28,194 bases of DNA, from NCBI GenBank assembly GCA_001787475.1, contig MFXB01000065.1, positions 1 to 28,194 of the forward strand, given 5' to 3'. The DNA is from Candidatus Peregrinibacteria bacterium RIFCSPLOWO2_01_FULL_48_20 (GTDB lineage Bacteria > Patescibacteriota > Gracilibacteria > UBA1369 > 2-02-FULL-48-14). Positions 23,982 to 28,194 of the stretch are shown here, in pieces. The notes beneath the pieces were generated by a model. It did no database searches and was not told the origin of the DNA. It was given only the letters and a program-made list of their open reading frames with translations. The translations under genes and the position numbers were made by a program. Every line of letters starts with the position of its first letter. Within the stretch, counting starts at the first letter, position 1.

Positions 23982-25295
23982 TTATCGGCGCAATCCTTTC
24001 ATATGCTCCACCCGTTTTTGAATAAGCGCCGCGGTTCCAATATCTCGTCTATAGGATACAGGGCCTTTCACACTGCTCACCGCGCTTTCTGCCGCCGCCT
24101 CGGCCTCCGCTAAAGTTGCTCCAACTCCCACAAAAGCCAGCGCCCTCGAGCTCGATAAATACAAACCATCCTCGCGAGCATCCACGGCCGCATAATACAT
24201 GCGCACGCCCTCCGGTACTGCGCCCACTTCAATCTTTTCGCCCCTGCGCGGCGAAATAGGATAGCCTTCCGGCACGATGTACTTAACAACGGTCGCCCTT
24301 TTCTCAAATTCCACGTCCAAAGTGTCAAGAGTGCCCTTCAAAATCGCTTCGCAAATCGCCACAAAATCCGTCTTCAAAAGTGGTAAAACATTCATAGCCT
24401 CGGGATCGCCGAAACGCGCATTGTATTCAATCAGACGAACACCATCCTTTACCGCCATAAAGCCTCCATACATAATACCTTTGTAGTATTTTCCGGTTTC
24501 TTCATGCAGCGCTTTTAAAACGGCCACGGTGATTTCGTGCGCGGACTGCAAATCAGAAGGCTTTAAAAAGGGAAGGGAGTGATCGGCATCGCTGTAGGTT
24601 CCCATTCCGCCTGTATTTGGGCCGGTGTCACCTTCATAAGCCCGTTTGTGATCCTGCGCGGCAGGCATATCCACCACATGCGTTCCATCCACAAAGCTCA
24701 TGTAAGAAAACTCCTCGCCGATGAATTTTTCTTCCACCACCACTCGTCCGAATTTGGCGATTCCCAGCTCGGCAAAAGCGATTCCTTCATCGATTGTTTT
24801 TAAATGCTCACCGGAAACCTGCACGCCCTTACCACCCATAAGGCCGTCGGCTTTCACCACATAATCACCGAGTTCTTCCATCCATTCTCTCAACCCTTCC
24901 GAGCTCGTAAAAACGCGAAATTTCGGATTTCCGGGGATGCCGTATTTTTGGAGTAAATCCCGCGTGAACGATTTTGAACTCTCAAGTTGCGCCAAAATTT
25001 TCAGAGGACCAACACTCTCAACGCCTTCTTCCAAAAGCGCATCCGCCGCGCCGGCGCCCACAGGATCATCAGGACCGATGAACGCAAAGTCTGGATGAAA
25101 GTCCCGAGCAAAGGCGCGAAGCGCCTCAAAATTAAGCAAAGAATTCGCCACAAAATACGAAGAAGCCAAAGCGCGAATGCCGGGGTTGTTTGCATTTCCA
25201 AAAACACCCAATTCACAGCCCGATGGACTGCGCTTCAAGGTCTCGGCAATGACATGTTCTCGGGCTCCGTTGCCCACTAGAAGGACTCGTTTCAT
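23982..25295 (-). CDS. purD: Phosphoribosylamine-glycine ligase
   Basis: VLLVGNGAREH, LESSKSF, VVKADGLMGGKGV, QDHKR...GPNTGGMG, EYNARFGDPE. Confidence 0.97.
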   Translation of the reverse strand: MKRVLLVGNGAREHVIAETLKRSPSGCELGVFGNANNPGIRALASSYFVANSLLNFEALRAFARDFHPDFAFIGPDDPVGAGAADALLEEGVESVGPLKILAQLESSKSFTRDLLQKYGIPGNPKFRVFTSSEGLREWMEELGDYVVKADGLMGGKGVQVSGEHLKTIDEGIAFAELGIAKFGRVVVEEKFIGEEFSYMSFVDGTHVVDMPAAQDHKRAYEGDTGPNTGGMGTYSDADHSLPFLKPSDLQSAHEITVAVLKALHEETGKYYKGIMYGGFMAVKDGVRLIEYNARFGDPEAMNVLPLLKTDFVAICEAILKGTLDTLDVEFEKRATVVKYIVPEGYPISPRRGEKIEVGAVPEGVRMYYAAVDAREDGLYLSSSRALAFVGVGATLAEAEAAAESAVSSVKGPVSYRRDIGTAALIQKRVEHMKGLRR

Positions 25296-26785
25296 AAAAG
25301 AGGGATTTGTTTTTCTTTCGCCAGCACCTCCGACGGCACTTGTGCGGCACCGCGACTTTCTTCAGCCGCACGCAAAACCTCTTCCGTCACGTCGGCCGTC
25401 ACATACTTTCCATCAAAACACGCCATACAAAAACGCTTAATTTTTGGATTTCCTTCTCGCACCGCTTCCGCCAAATCCTCAAGTTCTTGGTAGAACAACG
25501 CATCCGCGCCGATTTTTCTAGCCGTCTCGGAAGCGGTCAAGGTGTTCGCAATAAACTCTTGGCGGCTGGGCATATCGATTCCATACACGCAGGGATGGCG
25601 CAGCGGTGCCGCGCAGGAAGCAAAGTACACTTTTTTCGCGCCCATATCCCGCACCATTTCCACGATTTTCCGTGACGTGTTCCCGCGCACGATGGAATCA
25701 TCCACGAGCAGTATATTTTTGCCCTCAATTTCCAGTCGAATGGGATTCAACTTGCGACGAATGGAACTAGTTCGTTTGCTTTGTCCCGGCATAATAAATG
25801 TACGTCCCACATAACGATTCTTCACGAGACCTTCGCGGTATTTCACGCCGAGTTCATAGGCGAGTGGAACCGCCGCATGACGCGAAGTGGACGGTACGGG
25901 AATCACCACATCAATGTCCAATTTGGCCGCCTTAATTTTCTTGGCCAATTTTTCTCCCATGCGCAGGCGGGCTTTGTAGACGGAAATTCCGTCAAGCATC
26001 GAATCGGGCCGTGCGAAATAAACGTATTCAAAAATACAAGGATTCATGACCGTTTTTTTCGCGCAAATTTTGCTGTGCACTTTTCCTTGCATGTCCACAA
26101 AAATCACTTCGCCGGGCTTCACATCGCGAATCACATCATAACCCAAAACGTCCAACGCCACACTCTCCGATGCAAAAATGGTGTCCGTGTATAAATCATC
26201 CTTTCGCTCTCCCATAATGAGTGGACGAATGGCTTTTGGATCACGGAAAGCAAGCAAACCGTATCCGGCAATGAGCGCGATCACGCTGTACGCTCCTTTC
26301 ACCCGTTTAAGCACATGTCCCATGGCTTTAAAAAGTCCCTCCGGATCGAGCTTGGAAGTTTTCAAAGCCCCGATTTCATAAGCCATCACATTCAAAAGTA
26401 CCTCCGAATCGGACTGAGTGTTGAGGTGACGTCTATTTTTTTCTATCACTTCTTCACGCAAAGTTTTCGTATTGGTCAAATTTCCATTGTGGATAAGGGT
26501 GATTCCAAAAGGCGCGTTCACGTAAAAGGGCTGAGCTTCGGCGCTGTCATAAGTCCCGGCGGTGGGATAACGCACATGAGCCATCCCCATATTTCCCTGC
26601 AGGCGAACCATGTCTTCGGTTTTGAAAACCTCTGTCACCAGTCCGTCACCCTTTTTGATGTGAAGCTGCCCGTCATATGTCACCATTCCGGCCGCATCTT
26701 GTCCACGATGTTGAAGCATCATGAGTCCGTCGTAAAGTTCTTGCGCGACGGGGTGGTTGGAATGAATGCCAAGAATTCCGCACAT
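25292..26785 (-). CDS. purF: Amidophosphoribosyltransferase
   Basis: MCGILG Ntn start, LQHRGQDAAG, HNGNLTN, PCIFEYVYFARPDS and the LLVDDSIVRGNT PRPP motif. Confidence 0.98.
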   Translation of the reverse strand: MCGILGIHSNHPVAQELYDGLMMLQHRGQDAAGMVTYDGQLHIKKGDGLVTEVFKTEDMVRLQGNMGMAHVRYPTAGTYDSAEAQPFYVNAPFGITLIHNGNLTNTKTLREEVIEKNRRHLNTQSDSEVLLNVMAYEIGALKTSKLDPEGLFKAMGHVLKRVKGAYSVIALIAGYGLLAFRDPKAIRPLIMGERKDDLYTDTIFASESVALDVLGYDVIRDVKPGEVIFVDMQGKVHSKICAKKTVMNPCIFEYVYFARPDSMLDGISVYKARLRMGEKLAKKIKAAKLDIDVVIPVPSTSRHAAVPLAYELGVKYREGLVKNRYVGRTFIMPGQSKRTSSIRRKLNPIRLEIEGKNILLVDDSIVRGNTSRKIVEMVRDMGAKKVYFASCAAPLRHPCVYGIDMPSRQEFIANTLTASETARKIGADALFYQELEDLAEAVREGNPKIKRFCMACFDGKYVTADVTEEVLRAAEESRGAAQVPSEVLAKEKQIPLL

Positions 26786-26791
26786 AGGTAT

Positions 26792-27649
26792 TTATAAGTT
26801 AGCTTGTTTTTTGGCTGCGGTCACGGTGTTTTGCAGAAGGCAAGCCACCGTCATGGGGCCAATGCCTCCGGGTACGGGGGTAATAGCCGCAACCTTCCCC
26901 TCCAAACCTTCAAAATCCGCATCTCCCACAATTTTTCCGCTCTCGAGTCGATTGATTCCCACGTCCACCACCACCGCGCCTTCTTTCACCATTTCCGCTT
27001 TCAAAAACCCCGCTTTCCCAACGGCCACCACAATCAAGTCCGCGTCCGCAGTATACTTGAGTAAATTTTTTGTTCTACTATGACAGGTTGTCACGGTTGC
27101 TCCTCGATTTAAAAGCATCACGGACATGGGCTTTCCCACGATATTGCTTTTTCCAATGACAACCGCGTCCATGCCGCTTACGTCAATCTTATAAAAATCC
27201 AAAAGTTTAATCACTCCCTTGGGCGTACAGGGTGCCATATCTTCAAAATCCTTATTCAGAAACATTTTCCCAATGTTGTAGGCATGAAAGCCGTCCACAT
27301 CTTTATAAGGATTGATGGCCTTAATGACCAAAGGCTCTTCGATGTGCGCGGGAAGGGGAAGTTGAACAATCATTCCCGAAACCGATGCGTCTTTATTAAG
27401 CTCCTCGATTTTTGCCAAAAGCTCCGCTTGCGTAACGGATTCGGGCAGGGACACTCGTTCGCTTAAAATTCCCACCTTTTCGCAAGCTTCTTGTTTTTTC
27501 CGCACATACACTTGGCTGGCCGGATTCTCACCGACTACAATCACCACCAGTTTTGGTGCAATTCCCTTGCTTTTTAGCGCATCGATCTCTTGTTTCACTT
27601 CCGTGAGGAGAGAATCGGAAACACTGCGTCCGTCGAGCAAGGTAGCCAT
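26792..27649 (-). CDS. folD: Bifunctional methylene-THF dehydrogenase/cyclohydrolase
   Basis: VYVRKK, VQLPLP, KDVDGFH, PCTPKG, GKSNIVGKP, DVGINR, ITPVPGGIGPMT. Confidence 0.98.
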   Translation of the reverse strand: MATLLDGRSVSDSLLTEVKQEIDALKSKGIAPKLVVIVVGENPASQVYVRKKQEACEKVGILSERVSLPESVTQAELLAKIEELNKDASVSGMIVQLPLPAHIEEPLVIKAINPYKDVDGFHAYNIGKMFLNKDFEDMAPCTPKGVIKLLDFYKIDVSGMDAVVIGKSNIVGKPMSVMLLNRGATVTTCHSRTKNLLKYTADADLIVVAVGKAGFLKAEMVKEGAVVVDVGINRLESGKIVGDADFEGLEGKVAAITPVPGGIGPMTVACLLQNTVTAAKKQANL

Positions 27650-27711
27650 GAACCGAAATGGGAAAGAGACTCCATTTTAACAGGTTTATTTGCCAATACA
27701 AGCCGGATTTT

Positions 27712-28194
27712 TTAAATGTGTACTTTTACCACTTCCCAAACGAGAGCCTCCGTTTCATCTTTCGTCGGCTGAACCGGAATTTTTACCCAGCCGTACGCTT
27801 CACCCAGCTCCAAATGAATTTGCCGAGCCAGTTTCATAAACTCTTCGTTGGTTTCATGGATGTGCCCTTCTTCCGTAGCATGAACAAAGCGTTCTCCATC
27901 CAACAAAACGGCCAAGTCTTCCTTGATTAAAGGCCGGTTCAAACTCTCCAGCCACTCCTTCGAAGCCCCTTTCACCATGCCCCACGCAATGCCCGTTCCC
28001 GTGTAATCCTCCGCCACCACCACTTTCCCATCCTTGAGCCATTCTCGCAGAGTGGGCTCAAATTGAAAACGATTCATTGCAAACCACATTTGCAATTCTT
28101 CCTCACTGATATTTTGAGCCTCGCCGCTCCTTAAAAATTGATTCAAATAAACTCCAGTCGGCTCCACATCATAAACCGGAAATTTCACATAGAC
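27712..28194 (-). CDS. tmk: Thymidylate kinase-like protein (5' end outside window)
   Basis: YVKFPVYD..PTG, FAMNRFQFEP, VVVAEDYTGTGIAWG, DLAVLLDG, HIHE. The frame stays open to the window edge; the P-loop is not visible. Confidence 0.75.
   Translation of the reverse strand, partial: VYVKFPVYDVEPTGVYLNQFLRSGEAQNISEEELQMWFAMNRFQFEPTLREWLKDGKVVVAEDYTGTGIAWGMVKGASKEWLESLNRPLIKEDLAVLLDGERFVHATEEGHIHETNEEFMKLARQIHLELGEAYGWVKIPVQPTKDETEALVWEVVKVHI

Noticed and set aside
1-28194. Genetic code 25 (TGA=Gly) as in some Gracilibacteria/Absconditabacteria
   Set aside because: Conserved genes are full length without internal TGA, and nusB, sufB, purF and vapC end in TGA within ATGA overlaps.

Overview
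Chromosomal segment of a small-genome bacterium, most consistent with a Patescibacteria/CPR lineage (Peregrinibacteria-like). The taxonomy is inferred from gene content, near-absent Shine-Dalgarno sites and TGA used as a stop, i.e. code 11 rather than code 25. Housekeeping content: the 3' end of a UvrD/AddA-like helicase-nuclease, proS, yceD, rpmF, nusB, rnc, an RsmF-like methylase, sufCBDS plus a detached sufU, rpsT, maf, purD, purF, folD, partial tmk, and three tRNAs (Val-GAC, Ile2-CAT, Ala-GGC). Accessory content: an exported S8 protease; an FtsA-like ATPase paired with a membrane-anchored baseplate-J-like protein; a Phd-VapC toxin-antitoxin plus hydrolase cassette between sufS and sufU; a 1.9 kb islet at tRNA-Ile2 bounded by a 12-bp direct repeat (transposase stub, RhuM-Fic gene); several ORFans; and a C39-like peptidase lacking its catalytic Cys. 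The best candidates for undescribed biology are the FtsA-like/baseplate-J-like envelope module (4573-7593) and a promoter-to-terminator, ORF-less structured RNA of about 110 nt (2162-2270). No CRISPR array or rRNA was seen. All family calls come from motif recognition; no database search was run.
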